Shown here piece after piece: positions 1 through 11,071 of a stretch of DNA of 64,000 bases. Within the stretch, counting starts at the first letter, position 1, and every line of letters begins with the position of its first letter. The notes beneath the pieces are model-generated. The model had not been told where the DNA came from and did not search any database. It saw nothing but the letters and a program-made list of their open reading frames with translations. The DNA comes from a virus, in the IMG/VR virus record IMGVR_UViG_3300035557_000069, one strand, 5' to 3'. The translations under genes and the position numbers were made by a program.

Positions 1-3000
1 ATAAGTGAAACGACCAGTTCTACCAGCACCCTTTTCACTAGCACCACAAGTGAGCAGTGGGGGTGATGGTGGTACCGGTGGTGGTGGTGTAACGTCTGCG
101 GTTACACTGTTAGAAGAAACGACAATGTTCTGTGTTGAGGACGAAGATTTAACGTCTGTCTCTGTAACAGGTTTTATTGAGATTGTCGCTACTCTGGTCG
201 CGATAATTGTTCTTTCTGTTGATTGCGACATACCAGAAGCAATGTATTTTGTCTCTGCCGCTGTCGAAGGAGCCCGACCCGGGGAGTCGGCTAGTCTGAA
301 TACTCTCTCACCCGTTCTGAAACGAAGAACGTCACTATTAGGAATATGGAACAGACCAACGCAATCTCCATAAGCATTTGTTTCAATGCGCGATGGTTGA
401 TTGACGCCGCTTGTGGGAATAGCATCTCCAGCGATCCAGTTTCCATTGACAAACCACTGAAGAGTTTCGCCCGCCTCAAACTGCTCCGAGTTTGGATCCA
501 TAACGACAAAGATTCTATCGCCACGGAACGAGAGAATGCGAGCCTCTTTTGTGACAGAGCCAACAGTCTTGACCTTTTTTGCATCTCTGCTCAGAACAGC
601 AGTTGTAATCTCAACAGCAGGAGTACAATACTCGGTTACATTAAGACCATCAAACAAAGCACAAAGAGGTGTATTTGGCTTCATATTTCTGGAAGAAAAC
701 GCAACAAAGCGGGATCTGATAAAAGGAATGACCGATGTATCAACAACTCTTGTTCCCATGTCACGGGAAACAATAGAAGTCGCTGATGTTGAGATTTCCA
801 CACCAGTTCTATTCAAAGTTTCATTGACAGTGGTTGTCTGGTTGTTGGTTACAGCAGTCGTTGTTGTCTGAAGAATACGACCATCAACAGTAACATTAGA
901 AACAGTTACGTTAGTATTCAAGTCATCCGTAACAACCGTTCCTCTATTGACAGTCTGCCAATCATTCCAACGAACACCAACAGAGGCCGGATTATTAACG
1001 TTATCGACTAGAGTAGTATAAACATCATTCTCGCCGTTGACATTGATTACAACATCTGGTTTCTGGTAAGTCTCAACCCAAGTGTCGGTAGCAGGATTCA
1101 ACTGCATCTCACCATTCCACTTGAAAATAAGATATGGATTGAGATTAACCCAGAACGTTGCCCAAGGCTGTTCAAGACAAACAGCTTCGGTGTAAGGAAG
1201 ATAAACCAAATCACCCTTTTGAATAATGTTTGTTGGTGTTAGAGACGTATAACCAAACGAGAACGGCGCGAATCTTGGACGAAGAATACGATTCTCAGGA
1301 TCGATAGCGCAAGAGTAGTCCGGATTGTTTACATCACCCACCGAGTGTCCGGCAAACGAGTCGACCAGGATGCCGTTCTTGAAGCGTTCAATACCACCAT
1401 CATCCAAGAATGTTTCATCCTTAGCCTGCTTCTCTAGCAATGACAACGCGGTGTAGTACTCAACACGCTCAACACGCTTCTCAATCTTACCGATATCGCG
1501 CATAGTGTAACGGCGGTTATCAATATAGGTGAAAGTAACATCGGTTGCTTTGTCTGTGTATGCAGGCACACGAATGATATAGAGAGGCATTGCCTTTTCC
1601 ATATCTGTCGGCACAGCAGGATTTTCAGAAGGAACGCCCTTTACAACATAGAACTTTCTTTCTTGTGTTAGAACGAGTTTATCAACACGCGGGAGATAAT
1701 AGCTATAGTCTACCGTAACAATGCTGTCAGTGATGGCTGGAAATATACCAGTAATGGTTGTTGCACCATCGTCTCTTCTTGGACGGAAGTCTAAGCAATC
1801 ACGAAGATTATACTTCTCTCCAGTAGGAGAATTATAAACAGGAATATCAGTGTAATCCAAGTCAGTATATGAATCAACACTGAAGAAACCAGTCAATGAT
1901 GTAGCAGTAAAGTAATCGAAGTTGATTTCAAAGTTATCATAATCGGCATGAACAATATCTGCCAAAACGACCGAAGACTTCAACTGTACTGTGCCATGAT
2001 CATAAAACTCATCCCTTTGACCATTATCAAAGTCAAAGAAACCTGTGATATCAAGGTCTGGTAGAGGATCTACACCAGCAGTATCAACAGCATAGATGGA
2101 GTTAATACGATAACAATCGGATTTATTAAGAGAGATAAGATTGCTTGTTTTCGCTACAGTAAGAACCTGTCCGGTTACAAGATTTTTATCTCTCTGTAAA
2201 ACATTCGAAACACCAACCTTGGTATAGATATCAACAGTAACGTTAGAACCGGTAATGTTGATAGTGCGTTGTGTAGCCGAAGGCGCGGTAACGGACGTAA
2301 CAGGCACTTCAGCGCCAGAGGTTGTGTTAACAAGATAGAAATCGTTATTAGCAGTACTCAAGAATACTTGGTCAGCACTACCTGTGGCGATTGTTACTTG
2401 ACTGCCGCTGATAACAACATCCTGAAATGTCTTGTACGCTTGATATGAAGTATCAGAAACACCACCACTCAACAGAGTCTTGACTGTGGAGTTTGGAAGT
2501 GGTACAATTGCAGATTTACGATATGCTGTATAGAATACAGGCGTTTCCGCTGGCGCCTGTTGTGAATGCCATTCATTGGCATACCAAGTGCCCGACTTAA
2601 AGCTTACAATCTGCGGAATACCATACGTTGCTTCCATAGCAACGTCATAGACAAACAACTTAAACTTGTCAGCCGCGACCTTCTCAATTGCTCTAACGCG
2701 ACACTCACCAATCTTCGTTCCTGCTCCAGCCGCCGTGTCTTGAATATCAATGAGAATGTTACTTGCTAGGTCGGGAGGACTTGCGCCAGCCGGTGTCTCA
2801 ACAAAGAAATAGTTGCCGTGGTCAGCCTGAATCTGGCGACCACTCACAGTATTAAAGTCACGTGCCTTCTCAAGGTCAATGTTCGTGGTTGCAATCGTTT
2901 CGAACTCATAACCACGCACATATGCCTTGCCCGGCTCAAGCGCAAGAGTCAACAGGTCTGGATCCTCAAAGATATGCTCCTTGATTTTCAACCCGAAGTG

Positions 3001-3858
3001 GCGAACTGTGTAGTCACCGGACTCATCGTAGGTACGGCGGGCCAGTGTAGTTTCAAGGTCCGAGTAAGACGCGGAAGTAACGTCATAGACAAGCTGATTT
3101 TGAACGTAACGCGCAAGTTCAATGAACTCTCCTGTTACTGTAGCCGCCTCGTCCTCAACGTCAAACTCATATGCTGTAAGAGTAAGAGTGATACAATACC
3201 TATCGGCGCCCGGTGCCGCATAGTTATAGGAACCATTAGCGGGATCGAGGAGTGAGTTGTCAGTGAGACTGGAAACAATCGATTCTGTGATTTGGAGACC
3301 AACCTTAAGGTTAACAACATCACTATCCTCATAGAGAATAATCTTTTGTTCCTCGCAAAATACGAAGTAACCCTTGACGAAGAATACCGAATCGGGAATA
3401 GAGAAGAGTTTCGCTGTTCCTGTATAATCCGTAGTGTTTACAATAAAGAATTCATCACTATCAGCAGTGGTAATTTGTTCATTCTGTTGGAAATAGATAC
3501 CACCGTCATAGATGAAATACACTCTAGATGTTGACGTATCAATGTTTCTAACATAGAGAACTTTACCAGTTGCCCCCAAATCTTGACCTGTAATGGTCTT
3601 ATTGAGAAGAACAGAAGCATCCGGATCACTTACATCAATCCAACAAACGTCCGTCTTACTGGTTTTTCCTTCCAGTACAATAGAACCGTCCTTGAAGATG
3701 TGCGATCCAAATCTGGCGATTTGAGTCTGTAGAGCCGTTTGGAGTTGTGTTAACTCTCTCGCTTGAACGGCATACGATGGCTTAAAGAGAATCTTGAGAT
3801 AGTTCTTTGTACCATCGAAATCATCATAATACGGATTGGTATTTAAATTAATTGTCAT
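1..3858 (-). CDS. Large virion structural protein of the baseplate or tail-fibre module, partial. The N-terminus is in the window; the C-terminus runs off the left edge.
   Basis: ATG at 3858 sits 4 nt after the stop of the upstream 787-aa gene. The minus frame (plus-strand triplets starting at positions of 1 mod 3) shows no stop in the first ~1 kb I checked. The ORF track lists only small plus-strand ORFs here, which fits an omitted edge-truncated ORF. It lies in the late structural module. Confidence 0.55.
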   Translation of the reverse strand, partial: MTINLNTNPYYDDFDGTKNYLKILFKPSYAVQARELTQLQTALQTQIARFGSHIFKDGSIVLEGKTSKTDVCWIDVSDPDASVLLNKTITGQDLGATGKVLYVRNIDTSTSRVYFIYDGGIYFQQNEQITTADSDEFFIVNTTDYTGTAKLFSIPDSVFFVKGYFVFCEEQKIILYEDSDVVNLKVGLQITESIVSSLTDNSLLDPANGSYNYAAPGADRYCITLTLTAYEFDVEDEAATVTGEFIELARYVQNQLVYDVTSASYSDLETTLARRTYDESGDYTVRHFGLKIKEHIFEDPDLLTLALEPGKAYVRGYEFETIATTNIDLEKARDFNTVSGRQIQADHGNYFFVETPAGASPPDLASNILIDIQDTAAGAGTKIGECRVRAIEKVAADKFKLFVYDVAMEATYGIPQIVSFKSGTWYANEWHSQQAPAETPVFYTAYRKSAIVPLPNSTVKTLLSGGVSDTSYQAYKTFQDVVISGSQVTIATGSADQVFLSTANNDFYLVNTTSGAEVPVTSVTAPSATQRTINITGSNVTVDIYTKVGVSNVLQRDKNLVTGQVLTVAKTSNLISLNKSDCYRINSIYAVDTAGVDPLPDLDITGFFDFDNGQRDEFYDHGTVQLKSSVVLADIVHADYDNFEINFDYFTATSLTGFFSVDSYTDLDYTDIPVYNSPTGEKYNLRDCLDFRPRRDDGATTITGIFPAITDSIVTVDYSYYLPRVDKLVLTQERKFYVVKGVPSENPAVPTDMEKAMPLYIIRVPAYTDKATDVTFTYIDNRRYTMRDIGKIEKRVERVEYYTALSLLEKQAKDETFLDDGGIERFKNGILVDSFAGHSVGDVNNPDYSCAIDPENRILRPRFAPFSFGYTSLTPTNIIQKGDLVYLPYTEAVCLEQPWATFWVNLNPYLIFKWNGEMQLNPATDTWVETYQKPDVVINVNGENDVYTTLVDNVNNPASVGVRWNDWQTVNRGTVVTDDLNTNVTVSNVTVDGRILQTTTTAVTNNQTTTVNETLNRTGVEISTSATSIVSRDMGTRVVDTSVIPFIRSRFVAFSSRNMKPNTPLCALFDGLNVTEYCTPAVEITTAVLSRDAKKVKTVGSVTKEARILSFRGDRIFVVMDPNSEQFEAGETLQWFVNGNWIAGDAIPTSGVNQPSRIETNAYGDCVGLFHIPNSDVLRFRTGERVFRLADSPGRAPSTAAETKYIASGMSQSTERTIIATRVATISIKPVTETDVKSSSSTQNIVVSSNSVTADVTPPPPVPPSPPLLTCGASEKGAGRTGRFTY

Positions 3859-3862
3859 TGCC

Positions 3863-6226
3863 TTAGAACTTTATGTAGGTTTTAATAGTGATACTTTGAG
3901 TTTCACTAAAGGTGAATGGATTCTCTGTTGAGACATACAGTAAACTACCCGAGTATTTATCTATTTCTATCGGAGTTACCACGTAAGAAGAAATATAATT
4001 TCTAATCGGTTCTTCAACGGTTGACATATTACCAATAGGTAGAATGATATCGTTATCCAAAGGCATAAGATGAACTTCTTGCCCGTTCTTTTCGACAACA
4101 CGATATCTATTAACAGCCCCACCATCACCGGTTGTAATGAGAAGTTCGTCCTTATTCAAGCTTGTTGTTTGTGTAGAAGCATCAAACATTACTTTGTAGA
4201 GAGCAAAAGCACTTTGGTTTGCAAAAGACTTTCCTGTGAGCAAACTTCTAGGGTCTTTGATTATACCGAAGTGTCTAAAGTCCTGAATGATTTCATCACC
4301 CGCCAATTCGTTTCTCAATGGAGTATTGATAACAACTGTATCAGCAAACAGTTCTGAAGGTGCATCTGCGCCATGTCCAGATAGTGGTGGTAGAATGGCA
4401 TAAGCAAGGGCCAGTTCACTTGCTCTTGGTCCAGTAAGAAGAATGTTTGTGTGGTTCTCTGTTGTGTCTACAATCGTCACATCAGCATATGTGTAGCCTG
4501 AACCGTAGCTGGTCATGATAATATTTTCAAGTTCTCCCGTAGAACTAATTACGGGAGTTGCCGCGGCACCTGTACCATTTCCTGTAATAACAACAGAAAC
4601 ATTAGCGGGAGAGAGATAACCAGAACCCGGATGTGTCACCTTGATACAGAAGATTGAACCAGTACTAGGAACCTGTTCAATCACCGATTGGTCAGAGGTG
4701 TAATCCGACTGGGCAATTATACCTTTAACTTCTGCTCCAGAACCACTCATTGAGTCGGAGAGAACTGTTAGGAAAATATCAGTGTATCCCTCGCCTTTAT
4801 TCTCAACAATTACATCAACGATTTCTCCATTCTGAACAACAGGAACAAAGCTTGCTCCAATACCATCGCCCTGCGCCACAATCGTTGTGTCACCGTAGAA
4901 CTCATAATCTTGCCCCGGATCAAGAATGTTGACTTGAACAATGCTTCCTTCATACTCCACACAAGAAAGTAGAGCAGACGCATTACCGTAAATTCCTGTC
5001 CCAGTACCAACCACAGCTAATGTTGGTGCAGTTGTGTAGCCAGCGCCAGCATCTTCTATAACAACATCAAGTATGGCACCTGTTGTGTCGGATACAACGG
5101 CGATTAAGTTGGCTCCTCCAACATCAACATTGACGGCATCTGAAGTAGTATAACCTATACCACCCTCATCAATAACGATATTGGTGATTTGACCCGCTGT
5201 TATCTCAACATGCCCAACGGCGCCGAAGCCACCACCAGAGAAAACAACGGTTGCTCCTTTAGTGTATCCAGAACCCGGTGTGAGAACATTAACACCCAGA
5301 ATTGAACCATCTGTACCGACACTATCAATTTCTGCTGTTGCACCAGCGCCAGTTGTTGTGCCTGAAATAGTAATCGTAGTTTGGGGTATATCTTGATAAC
5401 CAGTACCACCAGCAATGACAATAGCATCATCGATAGTACCATTATTGTAGAAGGAGTCCGTCAATGCTTTCTGAACGGGAATATATTCTGGTGAACTAAA
5501 TCTATCATTCTTGAAAGAGGAAATAGAATACATGTATTTCCATACATAGATACCATTTCCTGCCCCTTGGTCAATAACAATAGGTTCAGTTGTTCTACTT
5601 GTTGGTTTAACTATTGAAGCGTACCCACCGCCATTACTCAAGCATTTATATACTTGGTTATCATCGGTAATTACATAGAAAGCTTTATCCCGCATGTCCT
5701 TCGTATGATCCCAACATTCGTAGATGGTACCGGAAGTCCAATCATATCTCTTGATAACTAAAGAAACGTCATTTGGAGATACTTGTTTGAGATAAACAAT
5801 CTCGGAGCGATACTTGCGATTTTCTTCCTCTGTCTCGGGAATGTAGTCGGGTGTGTAACCGAAACCACCCGAAGTGATAGTTACAGATAGAACACCACCA
5901 CAGGCGTTAATAGTCGCCACTGTTCCGGTTGCACCCAGACCACCATTCAATTCAGTAAATGTTACAGCAGAACCAACAACGTAATTCACGCCCGGTTCTT
6001 CTATAGTAACACCAGTTATAACACCATACTCAACAACCGCATGACCAATGGCACCAGTACCACCAGTAAATGACACTTCCACACCTGTTGGTGCATTATC
6101 GGGATTACCCCATGGTGCAACGCCGCCAAGATAATAGAAATATCTTGAACGCTGATACTGGAGGTCGTCTATAAACGTTTGAGCGTTTACAACGTTAAAT
6201 TGATGGCGAATAGATTTATGAGACAT
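3863..6226 (-). CDS. Repeat-containing tail-fibre or baseplate structural protein, 787 aa.
   Basis: The ORF track protein carries at least 8 degenerate repeats of ~45 aa, each with a G-x-G-Y-T/S core (GGFGYTPDY, GGTGYQDIP, GSGYTKGA, GGIGYTTSD, AGAGYTTAP, GEGYTDIF, GSGYLSPAN, GSGYTYADV). It is Gly/Thr/Val-rich, beta-rich, sits within the gp6/gp7 baseplate cluster and has no catalytic motifs. Confidence 0.6.
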   Translation of the reverse strand: MSHKSIRHQFNVVNAQTFIDDLQYQRSRYFYYLGGVAPWGNPDNAPTGVEVSFTGGTGAIGHAVVEYGVITGVTIEEPGVNYVVGSAVTFTELNGGLGATGTVATINACGGVLSVTITSGGFGYTPDYIPETEEENRKYRSEIVYLKQVSPNDVSLVIKRYDWTSGTIYECWDHTKDMRDKAFYVITDDNQVYKCLSNGGGYASIVKPTSRTTEPIVIDQGAGNGIYVWKYMYSISSFKNDRFSSPEYIPVQKALTDSFYNNGTIDDAIVIAGGTGYQDIPQTTITISGTTTGAGATAEIDSVGTDGSILGVNVLTPGSGYTKGATVVFSGGGFGAVGHVEITAGQITNIVIDEGGIGYTTSDAVNVDVGGANLIAVVSDTTGAILDVVIEDAGAGYTTAPTLAVVGTGTGIYGNASALLSCVEYEGSIVQVNILDPGQDYEFYGDTTIVAQGDGIGASFVPVVQNGEIVDVIVENKGEGYTDIFLTVLSDSMSGSGAEVKGIIAQSDYTSDQSVIEQVPSTGSIFCIKVTHPGSGYLSPANVSVVITGNGTGAAATPVISSTGELENIIMTSYGSGYTYADVTIVDTTENHTNILLTGPRASELALAYAILPPLSGHGADAPSELFADTVVINTPLRNELAGDEIIQDFRHFGIIKDPRSLLTGKSFANQSAFALYKVMFDASTQTTSLNKDELLITTGDGGAVNRYRVVEKNGQEVHLMPLDNDIILPIGNMSTVEEPIRNYISSYVVTPIEIDKYSGSLLYVSTENPFTFSETQSITIKTYIKF

Positions 6227-6239
6227 GAGGTCAATTCAA

Positions 6240-6698
6240 TTAGTTAATTGTTACGTTCCAGTTGATGGTCAGAATGTCAGAGGCACCCTTGTTGATGACC
6301 GAGAACACAGTGCGGCAAAGCATGGTACCAGCGGGGGTGCCATTGAAAACGCCAGCTTCTACGATAGCACCAGTACCAGTTCCGGCGGGGAAAGTACAGC
6401 TATACGTCACAGTGTTAGTCGCCACAGTACCACCAGCAACACCGCCATTGGTAGCCATTTCAAGTCTAGCTGCCTCAATAGACAGAGTGGTATTACCAGC
6501 GGCAGCCGCAGTGCTACCAGTACCAATAGCCATATGAGTCATCTGGGTGGGGCTACCAGAGTCCTTCATGCGCGATGCAATGAAGTTTTTACCAACAGTT
6601 ACGACAAGGTTATTTACCTCACGTAACTCTTTAAGATTGCCCGTCTCATCGAAAAGTGAGAGTGTAAGCGAGCCTGTTGCTTTTAGAAAGTCTTCCAT
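6240..6698 (-). CDS. Small structural-module protein of unknown function, 152 aa.
   Basis: Tightly packed between the gp7-like and repeat-protein genes, with SD-like ggataa upstream. Gly/Thr/Ala-rich beta-type composition. Confidence 0.4.
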   Translation of the reverse strand: MEDFLKATGSLTLSLFDETGNLKELREVNNLVVTVGKNFIASRMKDSGSPTQMTHMAIGTGSTAAAAGNTTLSIEAARLEMATNGGVAGGTVATNTVTYSCTFPAGTGTGAIVEAGVFNGTPAGTMLCRTVFSVINKGASDILTINWNVTIN

Positions 6699-6708
6699 TT
6701 TATTATCC

Positions 6709-8838
6709 TTATCCTAGTGTTAGTGTTTTCTCTATAGAGACGTAAGATCCTTCAGAGTAACTTTCTGCCTCATAGTAGATTTCTTCGAATGTAGTACCCG
6801 TATCTGCTGGAGTTGCAGTATCGGTTGTATTTTTATTTATGTCAGTTATTAAAGCATCAGAACCACTTATTGTATCCGTTGTGGGCACTTTCGTAACCAC
6901 TGTTGTTAGATATGGGAAAGTATCTTGATTATTTCTAACAACGATTGAGTCCAACAACAATGATGTAACAGTCTTAGAAAGACTATCGGAATTTTCTGCA
7001 TCTACCGTTAGATCCTCTAAGAGTTTAGTATTAACAAACTTGATTACTTCTGTTGCTGATCTTGTCTCAGTTAGGTTCTTGATTGCAACCAAAGAAGTAA
7101 TCAAGTCTTCTGGTAATACCTCATGTGGGTCCTCACCAAACTGAGGCAACACTTTAGTTATCCACAAGTCTGGATCAATATCAAATGCATCCAAGAACTC
7201 TGCATAGTAAGCTGTATCTTGCGAGATAGCACGAATAGCGGTATTCTCTGGAAGAACCAGAAGAGCAACCTTTGTTAGGTCACCAAAGAACTTCAACCCC
7301 GCGGGATGAATGAGATTCAGTGTACTTCTATATTCATCGATGCCTCTAAGTGTCTCTAATACATAAGAGAACATCTGATAGAAGTAATTATCTTGTAAGC
7401 GAATGTTAGGATTAGATAACTGTCCTTCATCAGACTGGAAGATACCACGATACTTAATAGCATAGTCGAATCTATAGAAGAGTGTTGTACGCGAAGCATA
7501 GTACTCTTCAACTGTTAAGTCCGGATCGATTAGCGTTGATGTATTTGCGGAACTACCAACACTTGTTTTGTTGAAGAAAGCAGTAACACCATTATAGTCT
7601 TGGGTGGTATATGCATTTTCGGCAGCTTCACCATAGTAAGAACTACTATCAATAATAGAAGTAACACCAAGAACGGAGTCTAAAACTAACGCGCCTTCCG
7701 CCTCATCTATATCAACAGTGTTATCAATGAAAGAGGTTATACCACTATCTACAGTTCCACTAAAAACCCATTCATCAGTTCTGTAGATATAAAGGTCACC
7801 AACATCAGCTACAACGTCCGTAATATATGCATCGTTATTATTTGGTGAAACCGGTAAATCCCCCGCAGTTGCCAGAACTCCCTTGATGGGTCTGTACAAA
7901 CTGGTAATGTCATATGTGACGTTTCCGGGTTTATTAGGATATGGCGAAACAACAACAAGTTGGTCTTCAGCGTGACCGCGACCATACTCATAGATTTCAA
8001 CCGCAGTCATCTCCCCGTTTGGACCAACGTCAACAACACGGGCTAATGAATCCTTTTCTTCTCCCTCAACAAAGAAAACCTGTCCTTTGCGCCAATCGCG
8101 TCCCGGTGTAATAATCTCAAGATAAGCGGGACTCTTGATTAGTTTACCACGATAGACAATAACGCCATTCTCAATAACGTCAATAATCTGTTCGCCATCT
8201 TCCAGTATCTCCTGAAATCCGTCGATACTATCAATATCAACCATCGTCTGGTCGACAATCTCAATTGTTTGAAAAGCGTTTTCATCTGTCTCAAAGACGA
8301 TGTTAGAGTTATTTCTATAGAAACAACGTGTCGTTTCGGCGTCTAGAATCTCGACTCTATCAACGTCAATGTAGAAGATACCGTTGGCATTCTCGACTTT
8401 AAGTTGGATATTGCTATTAATATCCATCTCACCGTATATTTGTCTAAGTGTGATGGAATTCTCAAAGAGCCAACGACCATCGGAAGCACGAAGAATGTTC
8501 TTACCTGGTTGACGTACAACAACAGCTTCGTTAAAGAAGATACGGAATAACAACTCAACAGCATTAACAGTGCCCTTTGAGTTATACAGATTGCGAATAA
8601 TCTTGATTAGCTTGCGGTCGTTAATTTGAGCAGTAGGAAACTTACTGGCAAACTCTTGGCGCAGGAAGAAAACAAAGTCTTCCGCACACAAGTCCACATC
8701 ACGTGCCTCATCAAACCTAATCGTATACTGGTCAAGAAACTTATAATAAGCCTCCATGAACTCAATAAACTTAGGATAATCGTTCCTGACAAAATCAGGA
8801 ACTTGATTATTAACAAGTAGTGACGTTTGTTTATTCAT
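6709..8838 (-). CDS. gp7: Baseplate wedge protein related to the C-terminal half of T4 gp7, 709 aa.
   Basis: N-terminal segments (PKFIEFMEAYYKFLDQ and KLIKIIRNLYNSKGTVNAVELLFRIFFNEAVVV) resemble T4 gp7 residues ~620-720 (SNFEAFCEAYIQYLSD and ARFFESRSYDFYSTKGIEASYKFLFKVLYNEEVEI) as I recall them. Its start overlaps the gp6 stop (ATGA), matching T4 gene order 6 then 7. Confidence 0.5.
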   Translation of the reverse strand: MNKQTSLLVNNQVPDFVRNDYPKFIEFMEAYYKFLDQYTIRFDEARDVDLCAEDFVFFLRQEFASKFPTAQINDRKLIKIIRNLYNSKGTVNAVELLFRIFFNEAVVVRQPGKNILRASDGRWLFENSITLRQIYGEMDINSNIQLKVENANGIFYIDVDRVEILDAETTRCFYRNNSNIVFETDENAFQTIEIVDQTMVDIDSIDGFQEILEDGEQIIDVIENGVIVYRGKLIKSPAYLEIITPGRDWRKGQVFFVEGEEKDSLARVVDVGPNGEMTAVEIYEYGRGHAEDQLVVVSPYPNKPGNVTYDITSLYRPIKGVLATAGDLPVSPNNNDAYITDVVADVGDLYIYRTDEWVFSGTVDSGITSFIDNTVDIDEAEGALVLDSVLGVTSIIDSSSYYGEAAENAYTTQDYNGVTAFFNKTSVGSSANTSTLIDPDLTVEEYYASRTTLFYRFDYAIKYRGIFQSDEGQLSNPNIRLQDNYFYQMFSYVLETLRGIDEYRSTLNLIHPAGLKFFGDLTKVALLVLPENTAIRAISQDTAYYAEFLDAFDIDPDLWITKVLPQFGEDPHEVLPEDLITSLVAIKNLTETRSATEVIKFVNTKLLEDLTVDAENSDSLSKTVTSLLLDSIVVRNNQDTFPYLTTVVTKVPTTDTISGSDALITDINKNTTDTATPADTGTTFEEIYYEAESYSEGSYVSIEKTLTLG

Positions 8839-10664
8839 TAGATTTTGATTGGTGTAAACTCGTATCTATTGCCCTTATAGATACGACCGTTGTTTGTTTC
8901 ATCAACAACCAATGAAACGGCTAGTTTTGCTACGTCAAGTTGAACAATCTGATTATTCATACTAACGATATCAGAAGAACTTGGATTGATGGTAAAGACA
9001 AAGGAACCAGTGGAGAGTCTTACGATGTTCAAGTTATTTATGACCATTCTACCGTGTTCATAATCAACTGTTCCTGTGTTACGTAGGTCATAACGAACAC
9101 CATTGATTAGTGTATAAAGCAACAAGTTACCTTGCGAATCATCATCGATATAGCAAACGTTACCGAAGTTATCAATGAAGAACGGTGTAGAAATGATAGA
9201 ACCAGCCTCAAACGGATTACCAATGTTGATATCATAGTTGGTAGCAACATTGTAAATCGGTGTCACTGTTCTATGCATCTTCATACGTGGCACACAGGAT
9301 GTGATACAAGGATCGACTTCCTCAACCTTTCTACTTACATAGGAACCACGAAGAATACGATTGAACTGTTGGAGTTCTGTGACATTCATATACAACATGG
9401 TACTAGTGATAGAGGTAATCAAATCACCCGCGGATTTTGCTGTAAGCGTTGGATCATAATAAGCAACAACATTCAATTCCACGTTGATGTATTCAGGATT
9501 GATGAACTCGGGAATAATCGTCACCATCTTATATGGATTGATATAGTCTGTGATAATATCCTGTTGCTCTTGATATGTCAGTGTCTTACCAGATGTTGTT
9601 TGCGCACTGATATACACCTTACCGTAAACGGGTGGTACCATCGTCTCACCACCCCAGACAGAAACAGCCTTGATAGACGAAACTCTATTCAGGATGAACG
9701 TTTCATAGTCCAAGGCAGTCACGATTCTGTTCTGTGAGGCATAGAAGTTCGGCGCGTTGTATCGAATCTCTTCTGTGGTCTCCGCTTCTCTACCACCATA
9801 AACAGCGGAAGTGATTGTCAAGTTTTCGATGGTGCCAGTACCGAGAGAGGGGCCCGTGTATGTGATATTGGAGATACCATTAGCACCGGATCCATTGGAA
9901 ACCATGTAGTTTGTGGTGATGATGTTACCATTAACTAGAGCCTTACCAAGAATACCATCACCGAAGGACAGTTCATACTCTCCGTTTTCCTTTTCGCCAA
10001 GATAATATACTTTGCTATTCTCGTCCACATCAGCGAAGTTTGAGACAGGTAGATAAGTCTCATAAAGAGTTGAAGGTGGTTCTTGAACGCGGACCGTTAA
10101 AGTCTCGGTATCAATGTTCGGGTTTGGCAGAATAAACGTGGTTGCGTTATCTACAGAAGAGTAGACAAAACGATTAATGATGGGACTGCCTTCGATAATC
10201 TCAACGTTTGAAAACTTGTAAACAGATGGATCAGTAGTATCGATGCCCGCCGTATAGTCCTGTGTTGTGTAGAAGGTATACTTTACACTGTCCTTGATGC
10301 CGGAAAATGTGGAATACTTGGGTAGAGTGATATATGGAACTGTTACATCAGCATTTGTAACAACGAAGTTTGCTGTGGTCTTGGCACAAGTATAACTTCT
10401 TGGTGTATAACCAAGTTCTTTGGCTCTGGAAACTACAGAGGAACGCTTGCTGGCAGTATCAAGGAAGGTTTCATTGATTGCCATGTTCGTATAGATGTTG
10501 TTGTAATATGTGTTTGCTGTTAGAATGTCCAACAGGATAGACATATTACTACCCTCAAAGTCATAGTCCGAGAATTGGCTTTGCCCCTTTAAAAACTCCT
10601 TGAGGCTCGCTTTGATTTCATCGAACTCCAGACTGCCTACTTGTATTTTTCTGTTAGTTGTCAT
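8838..10664 (-). CDS. gp6: Baseplate wedge subunit gp6, 608 aa.
   Basis: The N-terminal region (FLKGQSQFSDYDFEGSNMSILLDILTANTYY, SKRSSVVSRAKELGYTP) matches T4 gp6 (EFLDYDFEGSRLNVLCDLLAYNTLY, RSSVVQAAQDNGYLP). It lies between gp25 and gp7-like, as in T4-type phages. Confidence 0.75.
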   Translation of the reverse strand: MTTNRKIQVGSLEFDEIKASLKEFLKGQSQFSDYDFEGSNMSILLDILTANTYYNNIYTNMAINETFLDTASKRSSVVSRAKELGYTPRSYTCAKTTANFVVTNADVTVPYITLPKYSTFSGIKDSVKYTFYTTQDYTAGIDTTDPSVYKFSNVEIIEGSPIINRFVYSSVDNATTFILPNPNIDTETLTVRVQEPPSTLYETYLPVSNFADVDENSKVYYLGEKENGEYELSFGDGILGKALVNGNIITTNYMVSNGSGANGISNITYTGPSLGTGTIENLTITSAVYGGREAETTEEIRYNAPNFYASQNRIVTALDYETFILNRVSSIKAVSVWGGETMVPPVYGKVYISAQTTSGKTLTYQEQQDIITDYINPYKMVTIIPEFINPEYINVELNVVAYYDPTLTAKSAGDLITSITSTMLYMNVTELQQFNRILRGSYVSRKVEEVDPCITSCVPRMKMHRTVTPIYNVATNYDINIGNPFEAGSIISTPFFIDNFGNVCYIDDDSQGNLLLYTLINGVRYDLRNTGTVDYEHGRMVINNLNIVRLSTGSFVFTINPSSSDIVSMNNQIVQLDVAKLAVSLVVDETNNGRIYKGNRYEFTPIKI

Positions 10665-11053
10665 CGTACTCTTTTGAGGGCCACGTTAACTGTGAGTGGA
10701 CTTGTTGTATTGACTATGTTAAAGATGATGGTGATATCGGCGGAACTTTCGTCGGGATTAAATACCGTTCTTACATCAATAACACGGACTCGGGGTTCGA
10801 AGTTTGTAATAACGTCTCTAATCTCCTGGTTGATAACAGCTATCAATCCCGGCGTGATTAGTTCAAACATCATACCCATAACAGAAGAACCAATCTCTGA
10901 ATGAAACGCTCTTTCATAGTGCTTCGTGAGAATGAGGTTCTTCACGGCATTTTTAATAGCATTATCATCCGTCTTCACCATCAAATCACCGGTATTGGGA
11001 TGTGGTTCAAACGAAAGGTCGATATCTGTAAATGTACGTGTCTTAATAGCCAT
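10661..11053 (-). CDS. gp25: Baseplate wedge protein gp25 (gpW/lysozyme-like family), 130 aa.
   Basis: Size and pattern (IDLSFEP, KNAVKNLILT, ITNFEPRV) are typical of gp25/GPW. It overlaps the gp6 start by 4 nt. Confidence 0.75.
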   Translation of the reverse strand: MAIKTRTFTDIDLSFEPHPNTGDLMVKTDDNAIKNAVKNLILTKHYERAFHSEIGSSVMGMMFELITPGLIAVINQEIRDVITNFEPRVRVIDVRTVFNPDESSADITIIFNIVNTTSPLTVNVALKRVR

Positions 11054-11071
11054 ATTGTATTTATGTGTTTC

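Noticed and set aside
5-871. Three overlapping plus-strand ORFs (5-373, 346-786, 536-871).
   Set aside because: They overlap a long stop-free minus-strand frame that continues the structural protein starting at 3858. Low-complexity composition.
9132-9737. 201-aa plus-strand ORF.
   Set aside because: It is antisense within the gp6 homologue. No support.
11058-11065. CATAAATA as a late promoter for gp25.
   Set aside because: It lies only 4 nt from the ATG and has one mismatch to TATAAATA. gp25 is more likely translated from the upstream late operon transcript.
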